A stretch of DNA of 64,000 bases from Chthoniobacteraceae bacterium (GTDB taxonomy: Bacteria; Verrucomicrobiota; Verrucomicrobiia; Chthoniobacterales; Chthoniobacteraceae). This document shows positions 16,351 through 26,255 of this stretch, piece after piece. A program made the translations under genes and the position numbers. Numbering within the stretch: position 1 is the stretch's first letter; each line of letters begins with the position of its first letter. The stretch is taken from assembly GCA_037190965.1 (NCBI GenBank), contig JBBCKI010000072.1, positions 1 to 64,000 of the forward strand. The letters run 5' to 3'. The notes beneath the pieces were generated by a model. That model was not told the DNA's origin and made no database searches. It saw only the letters and a program-made list of their open reading frames with translations.

Positions 16351-18501
16351 CTACCGAGGTTGCTCGGTAAGTTGGAAATTGATCACGTTAAAGGCGAGGG
16401 GACCATTCATCGTTTGAACGGCGGGGGCGGCGGTTTCGAAGGAGAGAATGTTTTTGCCGGGCTTGAGCACGGCTTTCAGGTTCTCCACTCGGATCACAGC
16501 GCCGGGTTTCAATGCCACGTTATTGGTGGCCCCGTTGAACCCGATGGTGATTTCCCGCTCGTCGATGCCTTGCAGGATGAACTGGAAGTAACGTTCGACC
16601 GGTTCGTCTCCGGGGTTGGTCACAACGACATCGCCTTTGCCCCGGCATCCGCGGATCAGAAGGTCCGGCCGGTTCCGCTCAATCTCATTCCAGCCTTGGG
16701 CAAAATAGGGGCCGGGCGGTGGCAGCTCCGGGGAGGAGGACGGATTCAACAGGATGCAAACCAGATCGCCCTTCGGGCTGTTCAGAACGGTCGCCGCCCG
16801 GTCTTTGGCGGCCTGAAGGTAGGTCTCGGCACGGTCGGCATAGCCATTCAGGTTGATGTAGAGCGCGCCGAATCCATAGCTCTCCAGCCGTTGCATTAAG
16901 GCTTCCGGAGCAAGAAGGGCCACTTCATTCTGCCAGGCCGTCTGGGGGCGTCCCTTTACGTCGCCGAAGGAATAGCGGAGAGCTTTGGTATAAAGGTAGG
17001 GCCGGAAATGATTGTAGGATGGAACGCCCGGAATGGGGTTCTCCGGGAAATCCATGACCGGAAGCTGGAAGACCATCGAGCCGGGGCGCAAGTGGGATTC
17101 CATCTCTTCGGCAAACGTCCGGTCGCGCTGGACATCCTTCGTGATATCGGCCGGGTCTTCGTTGGCAAAGCGGGGAACCTGGTCCCACAGGGCGATGAGG
17201 GCGACGCAGGCTGCGATCGCGACGCGTTTCTCCGTGCTCCACCGGATCGAAACCGCGCCGAGTCGACGGACGGCGTACATCAAGCCGAGGGCGCAGAGGA
17301 ATATGCTATAGCGAGTCGTGGAGCGGAAGAGGGTGAAGCCCAGGGAGCCGATCCATGCGTTCAGGCCACCCACCGTGGAGTAGATGACGACCCAGGCCGC
17401 GAGGAGGAATTCCCACGGTGGTCTCTGGATGGAGTGTTGGGCAAGATTTCGAGCGGCGGAGATAATCAGCCAAAGAAAGGCCGCGATCCCGATCACGCCG
17501 AGAAATGAGCCAACCGGGACTTCCCCTTTGAGGATAACCTCTCCAAAATACCGTTTGCCCCATTCGCCGAGAGGAGAAATCCAATATTCCGATGGCGGGA
17601 TGAAGAGGTCGGCCAGTTTGAAGCCGGAGTATTCCAGATATTGGGCGGAGCGCACGACAGCGCCGGGGTTCGGCCCATTGACGATGCGGGAGAAAAGGGT
17701 GTCGAGGTTGACCGTCAGGAATCCGAGCATGGCCACGGTGCCGACAAGCACGGCCAGGAAGGCGCTTTTCCATTGACGGTGAAACGCCTGATAAAGCGCG
17801 GCAAGGCCGAGGAACTGGATGAGCATGTGGGTGTAGTAAACATGCTGTACCCCGCTGATGACGGCCACCGCCAGCGCCCAGCCTAAATGGGAGCGGTTAA
17901 GCAATCCGCCGCCGTCTTCGTCCTTCGGGTTGGAAAACGCCCAACGGGCCACGACGATGATGAGGGGAATGTGACCCACCCACCCGACGGTAAGATGGTG
18001 AAGGCTGCGGGCGAAGATGAAGAGAGAGAACCCAAAGACGATCGCGCCCGCGAATGCCCACTCCCTGCGATATTTGAGAAGCCGGCACGCGAGATAAAAC
18101 CCAACTGCGGAGCTAACGTGCGCGAGAATCCCGAAAAGGTTCAGCGCGGGGAAAAGGCCGATCCATCGGGCCAGCATTCCCGGGATGACGATATGAAATT
18201 CCTCCGTGAAGGGGAAATCATCCCAACTCCCTTCAAACGGCGCGCCGAACGCCGGGATTTTCTTGGAGGCGATGAGCGGGAAGTTCCCTTCCGAGGCGGC
18301 CTTGATCGGCGCAAGCTGCGCCCCCAGGACATCGCCGGCAGGGCCGTCCATGCCATATTCAATGGGGGTCTGCCAATCCTTCGCCGACCATCGCCCGTGG
18401 AACATGCAGGCGAGGAAGAAGGTAATAATGACAAGCAGGATGATCCGTAGCGTCCCCGGGAATGCGCCTGAAATGGCACCCGGGAGAGGGGATTTCGACA
18501 T
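16351..18501 (-). CDS. Polytopic membrane protein, probable GT-C/YfhO-like glycosyltransferase with a C-terminal soluble domain
   Basis: About 12 hydrophobic segments, a first loop DFP motif, and a C-terminal VFQLPVMDFPE...LRYSFGDVKGR domain. The family call is tentative. Confidence 0.65.
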   Translation of the reverse strand: MSKSPLPGAISGAFPGTLRIILLVIITFFLACMFHGRWSAKDWQTPIEYGMDGPAGDVLGAQLAPIKAASEGNFPLIASKKIPAFGAPFEGSWDDFPFTEEFHIVIPGMLARWIGLFPALNLFGILAHVSSAVGFYLACRLLKYRREWAFAGAIVFGFSLFIFARSLHHLTVGWVGHIPLIIVVARWAFSNPKDEDGGGLLNRSHLGWALAVAVISGVQHVYYTHMLIQFLGLAALYQAFHRQWKSAFLAVLVGTVAMLGFLTVNLDTLFSRIVNGPNPGAVVRSAQYLEYSGFKLADLFIPPSEYWISPLGEWGKRYFGEVILKGEVPVGSFLGVIGIAAFLWLIISAARNLAQHSIQRPPWEFLLAAWVVIYSTVGGLNAWIGSLGFTLFRSTTRYSIFLCALGLMYAVRRLGAVSIRWSTEKRVAIAACVALIALWDQVPRFANEDPADITKDVQRDRTFAEEMESHLRPGSMVFQLPVMDFPENPIPGVPSYNHFRPYLYTKALRYSFGDVKGRPQTAWQNEVALLAPEALMQRLESYGFGALYINLNGYADRAETYLQAAKDRAATVLNSPKGDLVCILLNPSSSPELPPPGPYFAQGWNEIERNRPDLLIRGCRGKGDVVVTNPGDEPVERYFQFILQGIDEREITIGFNGATNNVALKPGAVIRVENLKAVLKPGKNILSFETAAPAVQTMNGPLAFNVINFQLTEQPR

Positions 18502-18525
18502 GGCAGGCGACCTCCTCTGGAAATT

Positions 18526-19731
18526 CTACCGGCGGCGGCTGGCGGGCGTTTTTCTCCGTACCGGTTTGGGCGGGGCGCCGGCGACTTCGGAGGCGAACAG
18601 CGCGGTATAGAGATAAGGGAAGCCGTCCAGCTTCTGCCGCGCGATCTTCGCGCCGATGAAGCGTTCGATGGCAGCGACGTGGTCGAGTTCCTCCGCGACG
18701 AAAATCGTGAAGGCGTCGCCGACTGCCTGGGCCCGGCCGGTACGCCCGATCCGGTGGACGTAATCCTCCGGGTGCTGCGGGACGTCGTAGTTGATCACGT
18801 GCGAGACCCCGGCCACGTCAATGCCGCGCGCGGCGATGTCGGTGGCGACCATGACCTCATACTTGCCCGACTTGAAGCCCGCGAGAGCGTCTTCACGCTC
18901 GCGCTGGGTACGGTTCGAGTGGAGAACGGCCACGGAATGCTTCGCTCCCTTGAGCTTTGCGGCGATGGAGTCCGCGCCGATCTTGGTGCGGCAAAACACC
19001 AGCGCACTGTCGTAGTTGGTTTTCTCCAGCAGGGCGAGGAGGAGGTCGTACTTCTGGTCCTTGGCCACCGGATAAAGCGCGTGAGTGACCGTTTCCGCGG
19101 GCATCCGGCGCGCGCCGATTTCGATGATCTCGGGATCGCGCACGACCCATTTGGTGAGGCCCTCGATTTCGGGGGGGATGGTAGCGGAAAAGAAGAGGGT
19201 CTGACGCTCCTTGGGGCAGCGTTCGACGACACGGCGCACCTGCGGGAGAAAGCCCATGTCGAGCATCCGGTCCACTTCGTCGAGCACGAGAACTTCGATG
19301 CCGGAAAGATCGACGCTGCCCTGCTCCAGATGATCGAGCAGGCGGCCGGGTGTGGCGACGATGACGTCAACCCCGCTCTTGAGTTCCTCGCGCTGCTTGC
19401 CGTAACCGACTCCGCCGTAAAGGAGGCCGATGGTCAGGTCGTTGAAGCGGCAGAAATCACGAAACGCGGTTTCCACCTGTGCCGCGAGTTCGCGCGTCGG
19501 TTCCAGCACGAGGCAGCGAGGCTTGTCGCTCCTGTGCGCGCCGAGCTTGGTGAGCAGCGGGAGGCCGAACGCGGCGGTCTTGCCGGTGCCGGTCTGTGCG
19601 GAAGCAATCAGGTCGCGGCCTGAAAGGACAACCGGAAAAGCGCGAAGCTGGATTGGCGACGGGTCGATGTACCCCATCGACTGCACCCCATGAATAATAG
19701 CGTCGGACAAGCCAAACTCCAAAAATGACAT
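18526..19731 (-). CDS. DEAD-box RNA helicase (RhlE-like)
   Basis: Q motif, AQTGTGKT, PTRELA, TPGRL, DEVD, SAT, ARGID and HRIGRTGRA. Confidence 0.95.
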   Translation of the reverse strand: MSFLEFGLSDAIIHGVQSMGYIDPSPIQLRAFPVVLSGRDLIASAQTGTGKTAAFGLPLLTKLGAHRSDKPRCLVLEPTRELAAQVETAFRDFCRFNDLTIGLLYGGVGYGKQREELKSGVDVIVATPGRLLDHLEQGSVDLSGIEVLVLDEVDRMLDMGFLPQVRRVVERCPKERQTLFFSATIPPEIEGLTKWVVRDPEIIEIGARRMPAETVTHALYPVAKDQKYDLLLALLEKTNYDSALVFCRTKIGADSIAAKLKGAKHSVAVLHSNRTQREREDALAGFKSGKYEVMVATDIAARGIDVAGVSHVINYDVPQHPEDYVHRIGRTGRAQAVGDAFTIFVAEELDHVAAIERFIGAKIARQKLDGFPYLYTALFASEVAGAPPKPVRRKTPASRRR

Positions 19732-19940
19732 CGTGAATAAATGGAGCAAAGTCAGCCAGCTCTCAAGGGAAATCGCGATTGGCCATAGCGCCCCGGTAAC
19801 GTGTCGTGCCTCCCCGTGCGACACTTGTGTTCAATGTCTGAACACGGTTTGGAGCGGCACGCGGCGGGCCTCTCTGTAAATGGGCCGTGGCACGGCGGTG
19901 GCTTATCAGCCTCCCCGGAACTTTAACACCTCAAGACCCT

Positions 19941-20669
19941 ATGCACACAACCGCACCCATACTGGAAGCCGAGTGTCCGCCGGAACTGGAAGGTCAAACT
20001 CAACTGGAGCAGATGGAGGAGCATCCGGAAACTGCCGGAGCTGCCGAAGTCGCGTCCCCTGCGCCGTTTCGCCGGGCGCGCCGCGTGCCCGTGCCTGGCG
20101 AGGAGAGCGACGAGGTCCTGATGACCAGGGTTGCCTCCGCCGATGCCGAGGCGCTGGAAAAGTTATTCGAGCGTCATTCGGGTGTCATCAAGAGCGTCAT
20201 TTTCAAGATTATCCATAATGAGGCCGAAGCCGAGGATGTCCTGATGGAGGTCTTCTTCGAGGCATGGAACGGAGCCTCGAAGTATTCGGCCGCGAAAGGA
20301 AAGGCCCTGGGCTGGCTCGTCACAATGGCGAGAAGACGGGGAATCGACCGGCTTCGCAAACGTCAGAGCTATTCGCGAGCCACAGACCGGTTGCAGGTGG
20401 AGGTGGAGCATGACCCGGAGGCATGGGTTTCCGGGCGCGATCCCAATGGTGACAGCGAACGTTCGGATGTTCGCGCCTTCATCAAGGCGAAGCTGCTGGA
20501 GTTGCCTCCGTTCCAGCGCGACGCGATCGAGCTGGCCTTCTTCAAGGGGATGAGCCAGCGGGAGATTGCCGCTCACACGGGGATCCCCCTTGGGACGATC
20601 AAGACGCGGATCGAACTCGGTCTCAAGAAACTGAGCGCGTCGCTGGAGATCCTGGCGAAGGAGTTGTAA
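19941..20669 (+). CDS. ECF sigma-70 factor (SigK-like)
   Basis: Region 2 EAEDVLMEVFFEAW...WLVTMARRRGIDRLR and region 4 GMSQREIAAHTGIPLGTIKTRI. Start uncertain. Confidence 0.9.
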   Translation: MHTTAPILEAECPPELEGQTQLEQMEEHPETAGAAEVASPAPFRRARRVPVPGEESDEVLMTRVASADAEALEKLFERHSGVIKSVIFKIIHNEAEAEDVLMEVFFEAWNGASKYSAAKGKALGWLVTMARRRGIDRLRKRQSYSRATDRLQVEVEHDPEAWVSGRDPNGDSERSDVRAFIKAKLLELPPFQRDAIELAFFKGMSQREIAAHTGIPLGTIKTRIELGLKKLSASLEILAKEL

Positions 20670-20689
20670 GAAGTGAGGATGGTGGGAAC

Positions 20690-20719
20690 CTCGTTCCCGA
20701 TCTGGAGATCGGGAACGAG
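20690..20719. repeat. REP-like palindrome, CTCGTTCCC family (copy 3)
   Basis: CTCGTTCCCGATCT-gg-AGATCGGGAACGAG between the convergent sigma and ychF genes. Confidence 0.8.
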
Positions 20720-20739
20720 AAGAATCCTTCCGGGAGACG

Positions 20740-21909
20740 TCAGACGTTGAACCGGAACTCCATCACGTCGCCGTCTTTGACGACGTATTCTTTCCCTTCG
20801 ATCCGGAGCTTCCCGGCTTCGCGGGCTTTGGCAAAGGAGCCGAGGGAGACGAGGTCGTCGAAGTGGACGGTCTCGGCGGCGATGAAGCCGCGCTCGAAGT
20901 CGGTGTGGATCACTCCGGCCGCGGCGGGGGCTTTATCTCCGGCGCGGATGGTCCAGGCGCGGGTCTCCTGTTCGCCGGTGGTCAGGTAGGTGCGCAGCCC
21001 CAGCAGGTGATAAACGGCGCGGATCAGCGAGCCGACGCCGCTCTCGCTGACGCCGAGGTCCTTGAGGTAATCCTTGGCTTCCTCCTCGGGAAGATCGACC
21101 AGTTCACTCTCGATTTGCGCGCTGATGACGACTGCCTCGGTGGCGAGGTGAGCGCGGACGTAATCCTGCACCGCCTTTACGTATCGGGCCGAGGGGTGCA
21201 TCTCCACCGTGTCTTTGGGAAGGCCGCCTTCCTGCTCCTGCGCGGCGTCGATCTCCGCGGTGACATGCCCGAGGTCGGATTCCGCCACGTTGCAGGCGAA
21301 GATGACCGGCTTGGTGGTCAGCATCGTAAATTCGCGGGCAATCTTCTTTTCCTCCTCGCTCAGTTCCAGCGTGACGGCCGGTTTCCCGGAGTCGAGGTGA
21401 GGGATGAGCTTTTCGATGACAGCCAGTTCGGCCTTCGCCACCTTGTCGCCGGTGCGGACGGCCTTCTGCATCCGCTCCTTCCGCTTTTGGAGGGAGGAGA
21501 GATCCGCCAGGATCAATTCGGTGTTGATGACCTCGATGTCGCGCACCGGGTCTACCGAGCCCGAGACGTGATGGATGTCGCCATCCTCAAAACAACGGAC
21601 GACCTGCACGATGGCGTCGACTTCGCGGATGTGGCTCAAAAACTGGTTGCCGAGCCCTTCGCCCTGGCTTGCCCCCCGGACAAGCCCGGCGATATCGACA
21701 AACTCGATGGCGGCGGGAACGAGTTTCTTGGAGTTGGAAATCTTGGAGAGCGCGGCAAGCCGGGGGTCCGGGACCGTCACGACGCCCTGGTTGGGGTCGA
21801 TGGTGCAGAACGGGTAGTTGGCCGCCTGCGCCTTGCGCGTCCGGGTAACCGCGTTGAAGAGCGTGGATTTGCCCACGTTTGGAAGTCCGACGATGCCTGC
21901 GCTTAACAT
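20740..21909 (-). CDS. ychF: Ribosome-binding ATPase YchF
   Basis: [38 protein letters not shown] and the TGS end [19 protein letters not shown]. Confidence 0.97.
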   Translation of the reverse strand: MLSAGIVGLPNVGKSTLFNAVTRTRKAQAANYPFCTIDPNQGVVTVPDPRLAALSKISNSKKLVPAAIEFVDIAGLVRGASQGEGLGNQFLSHIREVDAIVQVVRCFEDGDIHHVSGSVDPVRDIEVINTELILADLSSLQKRKERMQKAVRTGDKVAKAELAVIEKLIPHLDSGKPAVTLELSEEEKKIAREFTMLTTKPVIFACNVAESDLGHVTAEIDAAQEQEGGLPKDTVEMHPSARYVKAVQDYVRAHLATEAVVISAQIESELVDLPEEEAKDYLKDLGVSESGVGSLIRAVYHLLGLRTYLTTGEQETRAWTIRAGDKAPAAAGVIHTDFERGFIAAETVHFDDLVSLGSFAKAREAGKLRIEGKEYVVKDGDVMEFRFNV

Positions 21910-22022
21910 AAGGGGCCGGAGAGTAGAACCGCTTTGGAAGAAATGCAAGACGGCTGCCGACTCAGAAATTCGAGGATAAAAAAGTGTTTTTCACCTGTCT
22001 CTCTGTATAAGGATGTTTTTCG

Positions 22023-25000
22023 GTGCCTTCGAAAGAATCCAACCATTTTTTAACCGGACCGCGCGGCAGCGGAGTGATCTGCGGTCTGCTGGCGTTCGCG
22101 GTTGCCTCTGTGGGAATCGGCTGGGTTTATTGGAACGGGGTTCGGGAAGAGGTCCGTCGGGTTCGCGGGGAGATGCAAGGCGTGGCCCAGATGGCCGCGG
22201 AACTCATCGACGGGGATTTGCACGAAGCGGTGGCCCGGGAGCGGCTCCCCGTTCCCCAACAGGGGAATGAAGCACACCGCCTGCTGGTTGATCCGTTGGT
22301 GAAGCTGCACCGCGCCCGCCCGGAGATTCTGCATATTTACACGGTGGTGCTCCAGAATGGCTCGCCCCGTTTCATTCTCGATACCGCCGAGATCGGCCGG
22401 ATTTCTTCGCTTCCCTCGGCGCGCGCCATCCACATGGCTGTGCCTGATCCGGCCTTGTCGGTGGCCCTTCACCAAGGGAGCGTTACGAGTAGCGCGGCTT
22501 CCCGGGAATTGGACCATTGGCATTTTATGAGCGCCTACGCGCCCTTCCACGCCGGGGGAAAACAGGTTGGGATCGTGGGAGTCGATCTTCCTGACGCCGA
22601 GATTCGACGGTATATTGCCTGGCTTGGGAACGTGGCCTTGGGGGGAGGGGCGCTGGCGTTGACGCTTTCCCTTCTCCTCGGACGGCTCGTGTGGCGGTTG
22701 CGCTTGCGCACGTTCGACCATGAGCGAGATCAGCAACAGGCGGCGGATGCGCTGCGCGCGGGTGAGAGCCGGTATCTGACGGTGGTGAACAATCTCATGG
22801 AGGTTGTCTTCCAGACCGACCGGGAGGGGCGGTGGGTGTTTCTGAATTTTGCCTGGGTGGAGATTACCGGGTTCGCCATCGAGAACAGCCTCGGCGCGCC
22901 GATTTTCGACTTCATCCATCCCGAAGACCGCCCTCGGAGCCGCGCGTTTTTTGACGCCCTCCTGCGGCGTGAGATGAGGGATTGTCATATCCAGATCCGG
23001 TTCCTGACGCGTTCCGGGGCGATTTGCTGGATCGAAATTTACGCTCAACCGGGCATTGACGGGCACGGGAGGGTGACCGGTATTTCGGGGACGCTGGGGG
23101 ACGTGACGCAGCGCAAGGAAGCCGAGGAAAGCTCGCGGCTGAACCTGGAGAGGCTGAAGCTGGCTCTCGGCTCGTCGGACCAGGGCCTGTGGGATTGGGA
23201 TCTCACCACGGGAAAGGTGGCCTACGATTCCTCCTGGGCAGCCCTGCTGGGCCATTCCCCGACGGAGCTTGTCGATCTGGAGAAACGAAAGAACCCCTGG
23301 CGTGATACCTTTCACCTCGAGAACTGGAGCGACGCCGAGGTGGCCTTTCAGGAGTATCGGGAGGGGTGGCGAGAGACATTCGATATCGAGCAGCGGGCCC
23401 GGCACAGGGAGGGCGGGTGGATCTGGCTCCGCGTTCGCGGGCGGGTGGTCGGGCAGGATGAGAAAGGGGAGCCCTTGCGTGTGATCGGGACCATCGAGGA
23501 TATTACTGTCCGCAAGACGGTGGAGGCCGATTTGCAGCGGGCCAAGGAGTCGGCGGAAACGGCCGACCGTGCGAAGAGCGAATTCCTGGCGGTGATGAGC
23601 CATGAAATTCGCACTCCGATGAACGGCCTGATCGGTTTCACCAGCATTCTCTCCGAGACGAAGCTCGATCCGCAGCAGCGCGAATACATCGGCAGCATCC
23701 GGAGTTGTGCCGATCTCCTGCTCGCGCTCATTGATGACATTCTCGACTTTTCGAAGATCGAGTCCGGGAATCTTGAGTTGGAGAAACGACGCTTCAACCT
23801 GCGGGAGTGTGTGGAAGACGCCATCGGGGTTTTTGTGCATACGGCGGCGGTCAAGGAGATCGAACTGGTGTGCGACTTTGAAGGTGACGATCTGGAATGG
23901 ATCGAGGCCGACATGGCGAGATTGCGGCAGATTGTTGTCAATCTGGTCAGCAACGCGGTGAAGTTCACGCTCCAGGGGGAGGTGGTTGTGCGGGTTTCAC
24001 GAGTCGCGGAAAGCGGCGGGGTCTGCTTTGCAGTCTCGGATACCGGGATCGGCATTGCGCCGGAACGGCTGTCGAGACTCTTTAAGCCGTTTACCCAGGC
24101 GGATTCGTCGACCACGCGGCGTTTTGGCGGCACTGGACTGGGGCTCGCCATCTGCAAGCGATTGGTTGAGTTGATGGGCGGTGTCATCGAAGTGGAGAGC
24201 GTGCCGGGCAAGGGATCGACATTCCGGTTCACCATCGCCGCGTCCCCCATTCCGCCAGCGTTGCCGGTGCCGATTCCCGCCGGGTTTGCGGAGGCGAGGG
24301 TGTTGGTTGTGGATGACAACCGGCTCGCCCGGGAGGCTTTGGGCCGGCAGTTGTGCCGGTGGGGGTTGCAGGTTTTCGAGGCGGACGGGGCGGAAGCCGC
24401 GCTTGCCGCTCTGCAATCGGAAAAGCAGTTCAATCTCGCACTGGTTGACCGCCGGATGCGAGGGGCGGAGGACGGAATCAATCTGGTCCGCCGGATGCGG
24501 ACGATCCCGGGAGCTCCGCCTGCGATCCTGCTCCTTCCCCACGGGATGGCAGGGCCGGAGAAAAAGGCGAAGCCGCCAGAATTTTCGGCCGTTCTTGGAA
24601 AGCCGATCCGTCATTCCCAATTGAGAAACGCCCTGACCCGTGTGCTCGACGAGGCGCAGGCTGGCGAACCCCTCCCTTCCGAGCGGGAAGGTGAGGAGGA
24701 GTCCGTCGCGCCCGGGGCCCGCAAACGCCTGCCCGGCGAGGTTCGTCCGCTGAACATCCTGATTGCGGAGGACTCGTCGTTGAACCAGCACATTGCCACG
24801 TTGATGCTCAGAAAGCTCGGGTATGGAGCCACCTCCGTCCTGACCGGGAAGGCCGCCATCGAGGCGGTACGACGGGGGATTTACGATGCGGTGCTGATGG
24901 ATTTGCACATGCCCGAAATGGACGGGCTTGAGGCGACCAGGGAGATTCGCCGGTGGGAGGAGGAGACAGGTAGCACCAAGCGCATCCATATCATTGCCCT

Positions 25001-25124
25001 GACGGCGGACGCCATGGTCGGCGATCGCGAGAAGTGCCTGGAGGCGGGGATGGATGACTATCTCTCCAAACCGCTGCGGGGGCAGGAATTGGCGACCGCG
25101 ATTGCGAGGGTCGGAACTGCCTAG
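22023..25124 (+). CDS. Membrane-bound hybrid sensor histidine kinase (periplasmic sensor, two PAS, HisKA, HATPase, two receivers)
   Basis: [38 protein letters not shown], and receivers LVVDDN and VLMDLHMPEMDG. Confidence 0.93.
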   Translation: MPSKESNHFLTGPRGSGVICGLLAFAVASVGIGWVYWNGVREEVRRVRGEMQGVAQMAAELIDGDLHEAVARERLPVPQQGNEAHRLLVDPLVKLHRARPEILHIYTVVLQNGSPRFILDTAEIGRISSLPSARAIHMAVPDPALSVALHQGSVTSSAASRELDHWHFMSAYAPFHAGGKQVGIVGVDLPDAEIRRYIAWLGNVALGGGALALTLSLLLGRLVWRLRLRTFDHERDQQQAADALRAGESRYLTVVNNLMEVVFQTDREGRWVFLNFAWVEITGFAIENSLGAPIFDFIHPEDRPRSRAFFDALLRREMRDCHIQIRFLTRSGAICWIEIYAQPGIDGHGRVTGISGTLGDVTQRKEAEESSRLNLERLKLALGSSDQGLWDWDLTTGKVAYDSSWAALLGHSPTELVDLEKRKNPWRDTFHLENWSDAEVAFQEYREGWRETFDIEQRARHREGGWIWLRVRGRVVGQDEKGEPLRVIGTIEDITVRKTVEADLQRAKESAETADRAKSEFLAVMSHEIRTPMNGLIGFTSILSETKLDPQQREYIGSIRSCADLLLALIDDILDFSKIESGNLELEKRRFNLRECVEDAIGVFVHTAAVKEIELVCDFEGDDLEWIEADMARLRQIVVNLVSNAVKFTLQGEVVVRVSRVAESGGVCFAVSDTGIGIAPERLSRLFKPFTQADSSTTRRFGGTGLGLAICKRLVELMGGVIEVESVPGKGSTFRFTIAASPIPPALPVPIPAGFAEARVLVVDDNRLAREALGRQLCRWGLQVFEADGAEAALAALQSEKQFNLALVDRRMRGAEDGINLVRRMRTIPGAPPAILLLPHGMAGPEKKAKPPEFSAVLGKPIRHSQLRNALTRVLDEAQAGEPLPSEREGEEESVAPGARKRLPGEVRPLNILIAEDSSLNQHIATLMLRKLGYGATSVLTGKAAIEAVRRGIYDAVLMDLHMPEMDGLEATREIRRWEEETGSTKRIHIIALTADAMVGDREKCLEAGMDDYLSKPLRGQELATAIARVGTA

Positions 25125-25195
25125 GTCAACGACCTCGGCACAATTTTTTTGAAAGGAGCGGATTATTGAGCTGTAAGACGCAGATTTGTCTTGCT

Positions 25196-25217
25196 TTTAA
25201 TTCGCCGGAGAATTAAA
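25196..25217. promoter_or_regulatory. Palindromic operator candidate 1 of the carbohydrate island
   Basis: TTTAATTCGCCGGAGAATTAAA is a near-perfect 22-bp palindrome. Confidence 0.55.
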
Positions 25218-25390
25218 CCCGTTTCCATTGAAACTTAACTCATCGCTGCCAGCGAAAAACACCCCCTGTTTTTCCATGCGATCTCTCGGAATCACACTGG
25301 ATAACGTATTAACTCCCCCTTTGGCTCCCTTTAACTCCCTGTCATCCTCCGTAAGAACCTTGGTTTCATTTTATCCGTCTTTTTTTTCAT

Positions 25391-25411
25391 TTTAATTCGC
25401 CGCCGAATAAA
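25391..25411. promoter_or_regulatory. Operator candidate 2 of the carbohydrate island
   Basis: TTTAATTCGCCGCCGAATAAA shares the 13-mer TTTTAATTCGCCG with site 1. Confidence 0.5.
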
Positions 25412-25437
25412 CCTCCAGCATCCTTCAATTCCTCCCT

Positions 25438-26208
25438 ATGATGAAATTTATTCCATTCTTCCGCATCGTGATCTCGGGCAGCCTCTTAATGGTATCGCTC
25501 GGGAGCTTCCCTGTTCCCGCTCACGCTGCGCAGATCATCACGAGCAGTCCATTTAGCCTCTACTACGGCTATGATAACGTCGGCTCGAATAAGCCGGGTT
25601 GGGTCAAAGTTTCCGGCCCTTCTTCTACGGGAACCACGCAAGGGGATTTTACCTTGGCGCCGACCATTACCAGTGCTGCCGTCTCTGATTACGGCTTCAT
25701 CTTTACCAACGGAACGCCGACTTACCAGGAAGCTCAATATGCCTTTAGCGCAAAATCGGAGACTTTCGATCTCAGTATCACTGGGAGTTACAGCGGACCC
25801 AGTGGCGGCAATAACGCGCAGGTGAAACTGGTCATCACCAATATCAGCATCTATGGCGTGAGCTTCGACAACCAAGTGAGTTCGGATATGGCTTTCCAGG
25901 AAACGACCCTTGGCCACACGGCCGCTTCCAGTTCCGTCTCTCTTAAAAAGGTTCCGGTTTCGGCCGCAAATCTCCGTCCCCTCAATAACTATATCCAGCT
26001 TTCGTGGGATCCGGACGACTTCTTTACCGCAGGCACGAGTCAGAGCCGTTCGTTCACCCTGACGCCCGGCCGGATTGTGGACGGATTGGTAATCGAGGGG
26101 TATCTGGAATACTCCTATGATGCGATTCCGGAGCCTTCAACGGCTATGCTGGGCTTTTTTGGAGGCGGCGCTGCCCTGTTCGCCACCCTGCGCCGACGCA
26201 AGCACTAG
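25438..26208 (+). CDS. PEP-CTERM sorted surface protein
   Basis: Signal peptide ending AHA, a Ser/Thr-rich body, and C-terminal IPEPSTAMLGFFGGGAALFATLRRRKH. Confidence 0.92.
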   Translation: MMKFIPFFRIVISGSLLMVSLGSFPVPAHAAQIITSSPFSLYYGYDNVGSNKPGWVKVSGPSSTGTTQGDFTLAPTITSAAVSDYGFIFTNGTPTYQEAQYAFSAKSETFDLSITGSYSGPSGGNNAQVKLVITNISIYGVSFDNQVSSDMAFQETTLGHTAASSSVSLKKVPVSAANLRPLNNYIQLSWDPDDFFTAGTSQSRSFTLTPGRIVDGLVIEGYLEYSYDAIPEPSTAMLGFFGGGAALFATLRRRKH

Positions 26209-26255
26209 GCCGTATTACGAATATCCAGCCAGGCATTTCCTTCCTGTCCTTTTTC

